Shown: positions 1 to 8,290, counted from the stretch's first letter. The stretch: DNA of 58,465 nucleotides from Minisyncoccia bacterium (GCA_049997795.1 JBEKVT010000003.1:1-58465), one strand, 5' to 3'. Translations and numbers: made by a program. The notes: generated by a model not told the origin, from the sequence alone.

Positions 1-6
1 AGCTTG

Positions 7-93
7 CGGAAAGGGAGGGATTCGAACCCTCGAGGAGCTTGCGCCCCTGCCGCATTTCGAGTGCGGTGCCTTCGACCACTCAGCCACCTTTCC
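7..93 (-). tRNA. tRNA-Ser (anticodon CGA)
   Basis: Minus-strand cloverleaf read by eye. Acceptor GGAAAGG/CCTTTCC, anticodon stem CCGCA/TGCGG with loop CT-CGA-AA, long variable arm, T-arm GAGGG-TTCGAAT-CCCTC. CCA not encoded. Confidence 0.85.
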
Positions 94-154
94 GTGCGCT
101 ATACCATAGCATTTTTTGCGGGATTTTCAAAAAAATGATATCGTGTGCCAATCC

Positions 155-226
155 GGCCCTATCGTCTAACGGCTAGGACATGGGCTTTTCAAGCCCAGAA
201 TCGGGGTCCGACTCCCCGTAGGGCTA
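155..226 (+). tRNA. tRNA-Glu (anticodon UUC)
   Basis: Acceptor GGCCCTA/TAGGGCT, anticodon stem TGGGC/GCCCA with loop TT-TTC-AA, T-arm CGGGG-TCCGACT-CCCCG. Confidence 0.85.
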
Positions 227-267
227 AAGATTGAACTCACCGCTTTCCTGATTAAGAATGATTTAAC

Positions 268-297
268 AAAAAAGCCGCCGGTTGAACCGAGCGGCTT
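268..297 (-). terminator. intrinsic terminator of the 323-586 gene
   Basis: Hairpin AAGCCGC/GCGGCTT followed, in minus-strand sense, by a T-run (A-run 268-273 on the + strand). Confidence 0.6.
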
Positions 298-322
298 CGA
301 GAGATAAAAGCGACCAACATTG

Positions 323-586
323 TCAATCCATTGCTCGTACCAGATAGCCGAGGAGGAAAGCTATTGTGAGATAAGCTCCTTCACGGATCTCGTTGGTATA
401 ACTCGGAAAATGATTGAGGAGAATTGAGGCGCTACCACAGATCCAGAACACTATTATGACCCCAATGATGATGGCCGTGAGCACTTCCATCACATCAATG
501 CGCGATTGTTCATGTAAGAATCTTTTTAATGAGTCCATAGTTAAATCTTGTTCACTTGGAAAGCATAACTGCTGTCCATGTAACAA
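323..586 (-). CDS. small hypothetical membrane protein
   Basis: ORF with a hydrophobic core (VLTAIIIGVIIVFWICGSASILL). A consensus promoter lies upstream and a terminator downstream. Start is uncertain: TTG at 586 or the internal ATG giving MDSLKRF. AT-rich tract. Confidence 0.4.
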   Translation of the reverse strand: MLHGQQLCFPSEQDLTMDSLKRFLHEQSRIDVMEVLTAIIIGVIIVFWICGSASILLNHFPSYTNEIREGAYLTIAFLLGYLVRAMD

Positions 587-647
587 GATTCAACTATTCT
601 TCACGTAATAAGATTCAGCTATTCAAAGAACATATTTTTACCTTTAT

Positions 648-677
648 ATTATATACCATTTATATACTTATTGTCAA
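648..677 (-). promoter_or_regulatory. sigma70-type promoter (TTGACA-N18-TATAAT)
   Basis: The reverse complement of 648-677 reads TTGACA ataagtatataaatggta TATAAT and points toward the 323-586 ORF. Confidence 0.55.
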
Positions 678-842
678 GCTCTCACTTATCACATCATAAC
701 TAGAGTCAAGACAACCTAATCCGGTATAAAAGCCTTAAATGATACTATCTCCGCCATCAAACGGTTCTAATATGCGCTCACTTAAGCTACTGTGATTTCT
801 TTTGGGTTTCTGCTATAGTTTTACGCGTCCGCTTTTCAAAAC

Positions 843-915
843 GCGCGCTTAGCTCAGTTGGTAGAGCATTCCCTTGACGTGGGAAGGGTCATAGGTTCGA
901 GTCCTATAGCGCGCA
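843..915 (+). tRNA. tRNA-Val (anticodon GAC)
   Basis: Acceptor GCGCGCT/AGCGCGC, D-arm GCTC-AGTTGGTA-GAGC, anticodon stem TTCCC/GGGAA with loop TT-GAC-GT, T-arm ATAGG-TTCGAGT-CCTAT. Confidence 0.9.
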
Positions 916-924
916 CAGGATCAC

Positions 925-960
925 GGGAAAAACGAAAACCGCGAGACTTTCGTCCCGCGG
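925..960 (-). terminator. intrinsic terminator after tatA
   Basis: Hairpin CCGCGGGACGAAAGTCTCGCGG followed by TTTTCGTTTTT on the minus strand. Confidence 0.65.
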
Positions 961-982
961 CTTGTCGTAAATATGCGTCTGA

Positions 983-1177
983 TTATTTCTTCTTGGCGTC
1001 CGCCTTCCCCGCGTCCGCGACATCGCTCCCAGGCTCAACGTCCTTGAAGGCGCCTCGCAAGTGCCGGATGGCATCGACTAGGCTCTTGGCCAATTCGGGG
1101 ATCTTCCTCGAACCGAAAAGGAGCACGAGGATCACCGCGATTATTACTATCTCTTTGGTCCCGATTCCGCTGAACAT
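983..1177 (-). CDS. tatA: twin-arginine translocase subunit TatA/E
   Basis: 64 aa. N-terminal TM helix, then the hinge FGSRKIPELAKSLG-like motif and an amphipathic, charged tail. Typical TatA. Confidence 0.9.
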   Translation of the reverse strand: MFSGIGTKEIVIIAVILVLLFGSRKIPELAKSLVDAIRHLRGAFKDVEPGSDVADAGKADAKKK

Positions 1178-1284
1178 GTTTTTATTCGCTTAGTTGATAA
1201 TTATTGTAGCTAGTATGGAGTCAATGATAGAGCATGGTTGGGTATAAGTAAAGTGGAGAAAAACGGCCTGCGACGCCTCCCCTG

Positions 1285-2391
1285 TCAATTGCCTGTGGAC
1301 GTTGCGGTGCCGTCGCCAGAGGTCGATGTGCCGGTATCGATATTGGGCGTGGTCGTGGAGATATCCGTCGTCGTTTGGGCGGTATCCGTCGGCGAGGTGG
1401 TAGTCGCCGTCGTGCCGGTGTCCGGAGTGGTCGTGGCCGTCCCGCCGCCGGTCGAATCGGTAGAAGTGGCGGTCGAGCCGGTCTGATCGGTCGAGGTGGC
1501 TGTCGAACCAGTTTGGTTTGTCGAAGTAGCCGTAGAGCCACCTGAGTCGGTCGTCGTGGTAGTCGAGCCGCCGGTCTGGTCGGTAGAAGTCGCGGTAGAG
1601 CCGCCGGATGAAGTCGTCGTCGAAGTAGCGGCGGTGGTCGTGGCCAGATTGTTCGAGCCGGACGAGTTATTGGAATTGTTTGAACCGGTAGAGGCAGTCG
1701 AAGTGGCGGTCGAACTTGTGGTATCGTCGTTCGAGACGATGGCGACTCTGTGTTTGGAGAGCCAGTCAGCAATGGCCATCACCCCGGCGGACCATGAATC
1801 GTAAGGCCTGGTGGACGTGCCGGTATTGCCGATGTTCCCGGGGTTGGAAGTGCTCGCGCCGACGCCGACCGTGCCGAAGCCAGACTCCAGCTGCATTATG
1901 GCCATCAACAAACGGACATCCACGACGTAGCTTTGGGCGGCGGCCCAGACCATGTCCCCGGTCACGGGACTACCCGGATCAGCGGCCTGGATGTATTTAT
2001 CGACATCGGCCGCGGAGCTAATGGCGCCTATGTTGGAGAGAGTGTGGGTTATCTTGTCTATATATAAAGGGTCGGCCGCGTAGGTCGAGAGGTCGTAATG
2101 CAACAGGGGCGTCGTGTCGCCTGATCCGGAAGCGCTCGTCGAAGCGTCATTGTTCTGCGTCGAGTCTATGGCGTTCTTCATCGCCTCGGTCGTGGTGACG
2201 CCGGTAGCCACGGCGGCATTATTGACGTCATTCAACAGCCTGAGCTTGTACAAAGTATCTTGCACGCTGTTGATCTCGGTATCAAAGGCATTCACCCTAT
2301 CCAGATCGCCTGTGATATATGCCTGATCTTTCGACTGATTGAGCATATTCAGCCTGTTGGTGAGCACCTGTATAAGATAGTCTATGTTCAT
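1285..2391 (-). CDS. secreted/structural protein with an SLT-like (lytic transglycosylase/lysozyme-like) core and an S/T/G-rich tail
   Basis: 368 aa. N-terminal coiled-coil-like segment. Core VRLLMAIMQLESGFG resembles the catalytic E-S motif of the SLT/goose-lysozyme fold. C-terminal ~140 aa is S/T/G low complexity. Confidence 0.6.
   Translation of the reverse strand: MNIDYLIQVLTNRLNMLNQSKDQAYITGDLDRVNAFDTEINSVQDTLYKLRLLNDVNNAAVATGVTTTEAMKNAIDSTQNNDASTSASGSGDTTPLLHYDLSTYAADPLYIDKITHTLSNIGAISSAADVDKYIQAADPGSPVTGDMVWAAAQSYVVDVRLLMAIMQLESGFGTVGVGASTSNPGNIGNTGTSTRPYDSWSAGVMAIADWLSKHRVAIVSNDDTTSSTATSTASTGSNNSNNSSGSNNLATTTAATSTTTSSGGSTATSTDQTGGSTTTTTDSGGSTATSTNQTGSTATSTDQTGSTATSTDSTGGGTATTTPDTGTTATTTSPTDTAQTTTDISTTTPNIDTGTSTSGDGTATSTGN
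1288..1719 (-). repeat. coding low-complexity S/T-rich tandem repeats
   Basis: Peptide units GGSTATSTDQTG / GSTATSTNQTG / GSTATSTDSTG recur. The DNA shows matching imperfect ~33-36-bp periodicity. Confidence 0.7.
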
Positions 2392-2400
2392 GTCGTTTTA

Positions 2401-5400
2401 TTAATAGTAGAACAGGAGCTGTTTGAAGCATTCCAGGTTGAGATGGCGGTTCAACCAGAGATATCTCAAGCCATCCACCGTCGTGAAGATCTCCATGCGG
2501 TTCCCCACAGTCGTCGAGCCGGCCGCGTAAGGATACAGGCCCGCGCCGTGCACCCAGTTGGTTATGAGGTCGATGTAATAGACGCGCATGGTGAGGTCCT
2601 TGGTGAAGTAGAGCCTGTCGCCGCCGTCATAGGCGTACATGGAGCTTTGGCCCAAAGGCTCGAAGATCGGGGCGTAATGCATCATGGCCCACCTGTCGGT
2701 GGTCAGATCCAAGCGGTCGATGCCGGCCACGGCGGCTCCCCTCGCCGCGAAAAGATACTTACCGCGCTTGGTCACGTCGGACAGGCCGAAGGCCCATTGC
2801 AAGGTATGGCCGACGCCGTGAGTCGGAGCGGAGATGATCGAATATGAGGTGGCGTTGGCGGTCGGCGCGGAAGAAACCGCCGTACCCCACGTAATGGTCC
2901 CGGTAGCAGCAGCGGTCGCGCTGATCACATACGATTCCTGGGCAGAGCCGCCGCTCGACAGGAATTTGAGCTTCTTGCCCATCAAGGCGCTGGTGTTCCA
3001 GGCACATAAGATCAACGGAGTATTGACTGCGCCGGAATTGGCGACCGATACGGTGATGCTTGTAGAGCCGGCGCCGCCAGTGACTTGAGTGCCGACGTTG
3101 ATGCCGGCTCCAGCGGTTATATACCAGCCCGTCACGTTCGCCGGACAGGCGACAGGCAGAGTAAGGGTATTGGACTGCGCCGAGCCGGTACAGTTCGTAA
3201 CGGATGACCAGAAGGCGTTGGCGTCGATGACCGTCGTAGTCGTACCGCCCGTCGCCACGCCGCTGTAGTAAGTAGTGGTCGAGCCTTCGTTCGCGGCTCC
3301 GATGCAATCGCGCTTGGCGATCATGTATCTCGTAGTGCCCGCCACCATCGCTTGGGCGAAATTGGCAAGCGGGGTCAGAGAGTTGCCCGTGTTCGTAGTT
3401 ATCTGCATGCCTTGGCCGCTGGATTGACCTGTGGTCAGGGCCACAGCGCCATAATTGCCGTAGACCATGCAGTTGCCCCAAGGCGAGCTGAAAGTGACGG
3501 CGGCGTTGGTGGTGGCGGTGTTGACGACCGACATGACCAGGTTGGCGGTGCCGGCGCCGGAGACGACAGTCGCTCCGATGCCGATGCCTGTGCCAACCGC
3601 GTACCAGCCGTTGATGTAAGTGGGGGTCGGAGCGGACATCGTGACCAGCAACGAGCCGAGCGAGCCGGATGAAGCAGTGCCAGATGCCGCCGGCGCCCAG
3701 GCGTTGAAGGTGATGACGTTCCCCGAAGGTGAGCCGGTGTTGGGGACGGAGAGGGTGAGTGTCGTGGTGCCGGCCCCGGAGACGACCTGGCAGTAGGTGG
3801 AGCCCACGGTGCTGATGCCTGTCCCGGTCACGTACCAGCCGTTGATGTTCGAGGGGGTGTTCCCCGCGAAGGTGACGGTCGAGCCGGGATAGGCATCGCC
3901 GTTCGCCACCTGGCGGTGGTCCTTGGAGCCGTCATAGATGACAGCGACGCCCTGGGCGCCGACGCCGACGGCGTTGGCCCCGGCCGAAGCGGAGATGTTG
4001 TACGTGAATTGGTTCACGGCCGGAGAGCCGGTCGTCGTTATGGTCGTTATCTGCTGCAGGCCGTTGTAGTACTGGACGTCGCCTGAGGTCGTGGCTCCCC
4101 TTATGGAGACCCACTGGCCGACCAGGAGGTTGTGGGAGTTCACGGTCGTGACGGTGGCCACCGTGCCTGTCCTGGCGATCGTGGAGATGGCTATGGGCGG
4201 CTGCTCGTATATGACGTGGTTGGCGTCGCAGAGCATGGCGGCCATGGTGCAGGCCACGCCGGTGTCGAGGATACGGCCGTGGGAGACCTGGTCGAAGTCG
4301 CCGTTCTTGTACAGGAAGAGCTCGGCGCAGCCGGGGGCGGCCGTGGCCCAGGTGAAGTACATGTTGCTCGAGTCGCCCTGGATGACGTAGACGGAGTCGG
4401 TCGACGGCTGGACGTTCCAGTTGTTGTACAGGGTGAGGGTATCGGCAGTGTTCGAGAGGATGGACCGGAGCTGGCCCATGCCGGTGCCGGCCAGGATCCT
4501 CACGCCGAAATTGGCCCATTGGTTGGTGGTCCAGGTCTTGCCTGTCTGGGTCAGGGTGTTATAGAGGGAAGATGTCGAGGTGCCGGCTTCGAAGCCGATG
4601 ATCTCGTAGCGGGAGGTGGCATCGGGCGGGGTGGTTATCGAGGCGAAGGTCAGGGTGTTGGCCGTGTTCGAGGCTATCTTCGAGATCTGGCCACGGCCGG
4701 TGCCTGAGTATATGTATAGGTAATAGTTGGCCCATTGGTTGGCCACCCAATATTTTGTTTTGTCGATCAATACCATGTTGGTACCGGTGGCAGTTGAGAT
4801 GCTGTGAACGTAGATGGTTGATTCCTCCGTCACCCTTTCAAGACAGAGGTCGGTAGCGATATCAGGAAGCATGCCGCTTAAGACCGGTTTGGCGTACCAG
4901 ACATCAGCTAGGACGTCATAGTACTGCAAGGTAAAACCGTACGGATTGGCTTGAGTGGACAGGAGCCAGACGCCTCCCGACTGGATGACGTACCTCGATG
5001 TGTTATCGGGCTGAGTGTCCCAGGCTGTATCGACGGTCACGACCGAAGATTCTATCTGGTACATAGTGTCAGTCGAGGGATTCGTCGACCAGACGGTATT
5101 GCACCAAGGATCCTCCGCGTGCTTGTTGGCGTCGCCTATGGTGAGGACTGTGTCGGTGCTGTACATGATCTTGTGGACCTGCAAGAGACCGGTGCCGAAT
5201 GTCGTCCTCAGGGCATAGCCGACCCATTTGTTGAGACCTAACGTCGTTCCCACATATCCGGTAGTCCAAGTCTTTGTCGTGTCAGCCAAGGTCGTTGCGC
5301 TACCGCCTGTGGCGACACCGTAATCGGCGACCACCGGATCGGCGACAGAGGTAATGTACCGTTCCTGTCCGGCGCCCTTGCCGCTTATGATCGATATCTT

Positions 5401-5751
5401 GAAGCCCTTGGCGCTTCCGGCGAAGGTCAGACCGGTCGTTATGGTGGTGGCTCCGGAGACGATTACCCTGCCGAAATATCCCAGAGTACCGGCGAACCTC
5501 ATCGAGGCGACGGTGGCCGGGGCGTTGGGCGGCGTCGTCAACTGTTCGTACGTATCCGACCATGTGTCGTATCGCCAGAAGTTCGTCTCGGTCTTCATGA
5601 AATATACGTATCTGCCGCTCGTCACGTTAAAGCTGCCGCTATCCGAAGCGCAGGAACAGCCGACGGTCGTCGGAGTGATCTGGGCCATCCTGCACCATTC
5701 CCATACCGGGGAATCGACTTGCCTTTTCAGCTTATTGGTTAAGGGCGCCAT
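2401..5751 (-). CDS. very large repetitive beta-rich protein (Kelch-like termini, internal repeat modules), function unknown
   Basis: 1116-aa uninterrupted ORF. Three NGWY repeats (N[IV][NT]GWY..G.GI..G..V.GGAG...[LI].[LMV]SV). At least four copies of W..N.W......I.SG.G.GQ.R.I.SNT..TLT....S.Y.I-like modules. No obvious signal peptide. Confidence 0.75.
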   Translation of the reverse strand: MAPLTNKLKRQVDSPVWEWCRMAQITPTTVGCSCASDSGSFNVTSGRYVYFMKTETNFWRYDTWSDTYEQLTTPPNAPATVASMRFAGTLGYFGRVIVSGATTITTGLTFAGSAKGFKISIISGKGAGQERYITSVADPVVADYGVATGGSATTLADTTKTWTTGYVGTTLGLNKWVGYALRTTFGTGLLQVHKIMYSTDTVLTIGDANKHAEDPWCNTVWSTNPSTDTMYQIESSVVTVDTAWDTQPDNTSRYVIQSGGVWLLSTQANPYGFTLQYYDVLADVWYAKPVLSGMLPDIATDLCLERVTEESTIYVHSISTATGTNMVLIDKTKYWVANQWANYYLYIYSGTGRGQISKIASNTANTLTFASITTPPDATSRYEIIGFEAGTSTSSLYNTLTQTGKTWTTNQWANFGVRILAGTGMGQLRSILSNTADTLTLYNNWNVQPSTDSVYVIQGDSSNMYFTWATAAPGCAELFLYKNGDFDQVSHGRILDTGVACTMAAMLCDANHVIYEQPPIAISTIARTGTVATVTTVNSHNLLVGQWVSIRGATTSGDVQYYNGLQQITTITTTGSPAVNQFTYNISASAGANAVGVGAQGVAVIYDGSKDHRQVANGDAYPGSTVTFAGNTPSNINGWYVTGTGISTVGSTYCQVVSGAGTTTLTLSVPNTGSPSGNVITFNAWAPAASGTASSGSLGSLLVTMSAPTPTYINGWYAVGTGIGIGATVVSGAGTANLVMSVVNTATTNAAVTFSSPWGNCMVYGNYGAVALTTGQSSGQGMQITTNTGNSLTPLANFAQAMVAGTTRYMIAKRDCIGAANEGSTTTYYSGVATGGTTTTVIDANAFWSSVTNCTGSAQSNTLTLPVACPANVTGWYITAGAGINVGTQVTGGAGSTSITVSVANSGAVNTPLILCAWNTSALMGKKLKFLSSGGSAQESYVISATAAATGTITWGTAVSSAPTANATSYSIISAPTHGVGHTLQWAFGLSDVTKRGKYLFAARGAAVAGIDRLDLTTDRWAMMHYAPIFEPLGQSSMYAYDGGDRLYFTKDLTMRVYYIDLITNWVHGAGLYPYAAGSTTVGNRMEIFTTVDGLRYLWLNRHLNLECFKQLLFYY

Positions 5752-5835
5752 GTTCTCTAAGAGTAGGTCCTGATGGCCACAATTTTAGCATATAAGGCCG
5801 ACAGCTGGACATTGCGGATCGCGGATTGTGGATAT

Positions 5836-5868
5836 GCAAAACGCCCCGCTCTTAGCGGGGCGTTTTGC
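5836..5868 (-). terminator. hairpin terminator downstream of csp
   Basis: Perfect palindrome GCAAAACGCCCCGCT-CTT-AGCGGGGCGTTTTGC. A/T runs on both sides make it potentially bidirectional. Confidence 0.75.
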
Positions 5869-5878
5869 GAGACCGGCG

Positions 5879-6076
5879 TTAGACGCGGGTCACATTCTTG
5901 GCGTTCGGGCCCTTCTGGCTTTCGACGACTTCGAAGCTCACCTTGTCGCCGACCTTGAGCTCGTCAAAGGCGACGCCGGAGAGATCGTTGGAGTGGAAGA
6001 ACAGGTCCTTCGGCTCGCCTTCGCGAGCGATGAACCCGAATCCCTTGTCCGTCAGAGTCTTGATCGTTCCCGTCAT
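5879..6076 (-). CDS. cspA: cold-shock protein (CspA family)
   Basis: 65 aa with RNP1/RNP2 motifs KGFGFI and DLFFH. Confidence 0.95.
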   Translation of the reverse strand: MTGTIKTLTDKGFGFIAREGEPKDLFFHSNDLSGVAFDELKVGDKVSFEVVESQKGPNAKNVTRV

Positions 6077-6212
6077 GTTGTTGATTATTGGCTATTTAAC
6101 TTCAAAGAAATTCGACGCGGCTTTCTTGAACTGTGGATAGTAGCACAGTTGGGCGGGAATAGATAGGGCTGCCTGTGCCTTTGGGACCGGTTTCTGATAT
6201 CATGGGCCGGTC

Positions 6213-6425
6213 ATGGATGAAGACATCTCCATCGTATCCGGGGACGACTTGCCGGACCAGAAAGGGCTGATACACAAGCTGTGCGAGATAGACAAGATAT
6301 GCTACGGGGACATCGACCTCTTGAAAAGGAACTTCGATCCGGAGGTCATCTCGCGCGACGTCCATGGGCATCCTGTCATCCGCATCAGGGCCGACAGCGG
6401 CAAGCTGCCGTTATTCAAGGCCTGA
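6213..6425 (+). CDS. hypothetical small protein
   Basis: 70-aa ORF with protein-like composition. No clear SD and no recognised family. It competes with the antisense ORF 6102-6371. Confidence 0.3.
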   Translation: MDEDISIVSGDDLPDQKGLIHKLCEIDKICYGDIDLLKRNFDPEVISRDVHGHPVIRIRADSGKLPLFKA

Positions 6426-6428
6426 GGC

Positions 6429-6456
6429 TTGACATAAAAATACATAGGAGTATCAT
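6429..6456 (+). promoter_or_regulatory. sigma70-type promoter (TTGACA-N16-TATCAT)
   Basis: TTGACA at 6429-6434 and TATCAT at 6451-6456, directly upstream of a tract with no convincing ORF. Confidence 0.5.
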
Positions 6457-6462
6457 CCTCTA

Positions 6463-6916
6463 TCGAACGCCGCTCCTTTCGAAGAAAGAAACTCGATTCC
6501 CGGCAGTAACGGCCAGGGAACAGGCCAAATCTCTAAGTCCCCGGAAATGGGATAACTTAAGAGGAAACTACGCCGGTCACGGCGCAAGTCCGATTGAGCA
6601 ACGATGTTCACTTGGAGAGGTTGAAGGAACCCGCCACCCGGTCGAAACGCGACAGCGTGGCCGGCAGTATGCTACCTCGGCAGAGGGGCTAGAACGGGTG
6701 TCCTGAGTAGCCGAGCTATTAGAGATCGCGAACGAGATAGCTCAAGGCGAATCCGTCTGGCAATGGCTAGCCATCCGGGCTAGATGAAAATAAGCACCAA
6801 ACGCAAGCGTCGTTGCGAGACGCAGCTCTTCCGTCGAATGCGCGCCTATCAGAAGAGACCAAGCGTGTACGCTCTTGCCAGATAAGCCTAAATCGATCCG
6901 AACGAAGCGTTCCCCC
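6463..6916 (+). ncRNA. structured non-coding RNA, possibly a divergent RNase P RNA
   Basis: Bounded by a promoter and a strong terminator; the ORFs here look non-protein-like. Several short strings resemble bacterial type A RNase P RNA: GGCAGUAACGGCC (P8-like), CCCCGGAAAUGGG (P9-like), CCGCCACCCGG, GGCUAGAUGAA. The 5' GAACGC (6465-6470) can pair with the 3' GCGUUC (6907-6912). A canonical GAGGAAAGUCC / ACAGAA..CGGCUUA P4 was not found. Confidence 0.4.
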
Positions 6917-6955
6917 GGCCCTGCTTTCCTCACGGAAAGCAGGGCCCTATTTTTT
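6917..6955 (+). terminator. intrinsic terminator
   Basis: 13-bp stem GGCCCTGCTTTCC / GGAAAGCAGGGCC, loop TCAC, then CTATTTTTT. Confidence 0.85.
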
Positions 6956-7032
6956 CCACCGCTACTGACTAACGACCACCGTTAGCAGACATTGGAATCA
7001 AGTAAATAAGGCTTTTTCGCTTTTTCTCGATT

Positions 7033-7383
7033 CTATCGTCTAAGCATTGTGATCCAATGCAAAATAATCCCTATCACCAAATAACAGACTAGGTAAGGAA
7101 CTACGGTACAGACTGCATTAAAAAAATTGCTGACGAATATATCCGGACCCCACATCAATCCGATTTTAAGCAATGCCCCGAAATATATAGTGTTGTATAA
7201 CACACAGCCCCACATTCCCCATCGCTCCGTCATATCTTTCAGAGTGGCGAAAACGACCGTGAGAAAAATGACTACTGTTACGGCAATCCGATACTCAGTT
7301 AAAAATGACGTTAAAACAGACCAGTACAGTTGAATCAGTTGCTTTGTCCCGTCGTCAATGGCTTCCATAAATGTATTTGGCAT
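7033..7383 (-). CDS. hypothetical membrane protein (cassette 1)
   Basis: 116 aa with about three hydrophobic helices. No recognised family. Confidence 0.5.
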   Translation of the reverse strand: MPNTFMEAIDDGTKQLIQLYWSVLTSFLTEYRIAVTVVIFLTVVFATLKDMTERWGMWGCVLYNTIYFGALLKIGLMWGPDIFVSNFFNAVCTVVPYLVCYLVIGIILHWITMLRR

Positions 7384-7496
7384 TTCCTTGGAAACTATGT
7401 AGCAATAGATAAGACAATGATAGCTCTACCAGTGACCCAAATGATAACAAAAGATTCTTTTGAACTCTCTTCATGCTCTTATTTTACCACGATTCT

Positions 7497-7530
7497 GTGA
7501 CCCATATTAGTGGAGATTGGAAACGGATCA
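7497..7530 (-). repeat. cassette repeat R1 (diverged copy)
   Basis: GTGACCCATATTAGTGGAGATTGGAAACGGATCA aligns with R2 and R3. The -35 position next to it is degenerate (ATCGTG). Confidence 0.5.
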
Positions 7531-7560
7531 TTGACAGCATCAAGTATATTTATATTTTCA

Positions 7561-7599
7561 TATAACAAGAACCCGCCAGAGGTCCTACAACATGGCGGG
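7561..7599 (-). terminator. putative terminator after cassette 2 gene
   Basis: Stem CCCGCCA/TGGCGGG followed by a T-rich tract on the minus strand. Confidence 0.45.
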
Positions 7600-7622
7600 G
7601 AGATATTTCTATTTACAGAGAC

Positions 7623-8096
7623 TCAGTAGTATCCTGGAGGCGGTACGACCCAGTCGCCATGGAGATGCTTCTCAGCCTGCTCAACAGTCCAGGCACGATG
7701 CGCATAGCCAAGATTACTGAATGAAACGAATGATGCGCCGAAATAATCATGTGAAGTAAAGCCCGGACCCCTTAAGGGCGGGAGCTCGAATTCACGATAT
7801 TCCACTGCGCAAACGAGACCATCAATGATCCTCTTCAGATCAGCGAGAGTCCCTGTTCGGAAGTTCTGCTTGGGAGGATTCGCATCCGAAAACAAGAACA
7901 CTGGATATACCCTCGGACGAACCGGGCTCTGCGGCCAGCCTTTTTTCTTGAATACCTTGCGCATGGATCGGATCTCATCATCATAATCTTCCGCGCGCAC
8001 TGCTCCCGTCACACCGTTATGAGAGCAGACGTAGATCAACGGCCTCTGGGGATACAGATCCCAGAATCTCCTAAGCAACGATTTCAATGTGCTCAT
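7623..8096 (-). CDS. hypothetical protein (cassette 2)
   Basis: 157-aa ORF with protein-like composition. No recognised family. Confidence 0.55.
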   Translation of the reverse strand: MSTLKSLLRRFWDLYPQRPLIYVCSHNGVTGAVRAEDYDDEIRSMRKVFKKKGWPQSPVRPRVYPVFLFSDANPPKQNFRTGTLADLKRIIDGLVCAVEYREFELPPLRGPGFTSHDYFGASFVSFSNLGYAHRAWTVEQAEKHLHGDWVVPPPGYY

Positions 8097-8183
8097 GACT
8101 TACTCCTTAGACTGCCTCATTTATGTTCCCTTCCAACGCCATGTTGGGGAGTGGGTTAAAACAAGGGCTTACTGTCCAAACAG

Positions 8184-8212
8184 ACATTATCATATTTAAT
8201 ACATAATGTCAA
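8184..8212 (-). promoter_or_regulatory. sigma70-type promoter (TTGACA-N17-TAATGT)
   Basis: The reverse complement of 8207-8212 is TTGACA. The hexamer TAATGT lies 17 nt downstream. Confidence 0.55.
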
Positions 8213-8215
8213 TCT

Positions 8216-8244
8216 GTGACCCTCGTTAGTGAGAATTGGAATCA
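8216..8244 (-). repeat. cassette repeat R2
   Basis: GTGACCCTCGTTAGTGAGAATTGGAATCA. Matches R3 at 28 of 29 positions and lies 3 nt from the TTGACA box. Confidence 0.8.
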
Positions 8245-8290
8245 GTTGATATTACATCTGACAAATTTCAATGGCCAAATCTGATATATA

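Noticed and set aside
1221-1772. 183-aa P/R-rich ORF and the + strand V/E-rich ORFs (1238-1486, 1496-1804).
   Set aside because: These are frame shadows of the S/T-rich tandem repeat in the 1285-2391 gene.
6102-6371. 89-aa minus-strand ORF overlapping the 6213-6425 ORF, and the 26780-27097 minus ORF overlapping 26879-27169.
   Set aside because: No SD or promoter context, and less protein-like composition than the + strand alternatives. Even those alternatives are low confidence.
6463-6916. tmRNA, SRP RNA or 6S RNA identity for the two non-coding transcripts (also 22972-23298).
   Set aside because: No tRNA-like T-arm (GGTTCGAATCC-type) or acceptor end, no tag ORF ending in ...AA-stop, and no SRP domain IV GGAA/AGCA motif. 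Both are far longer than 6S RNA. The RNase P call for the first remains tentative.
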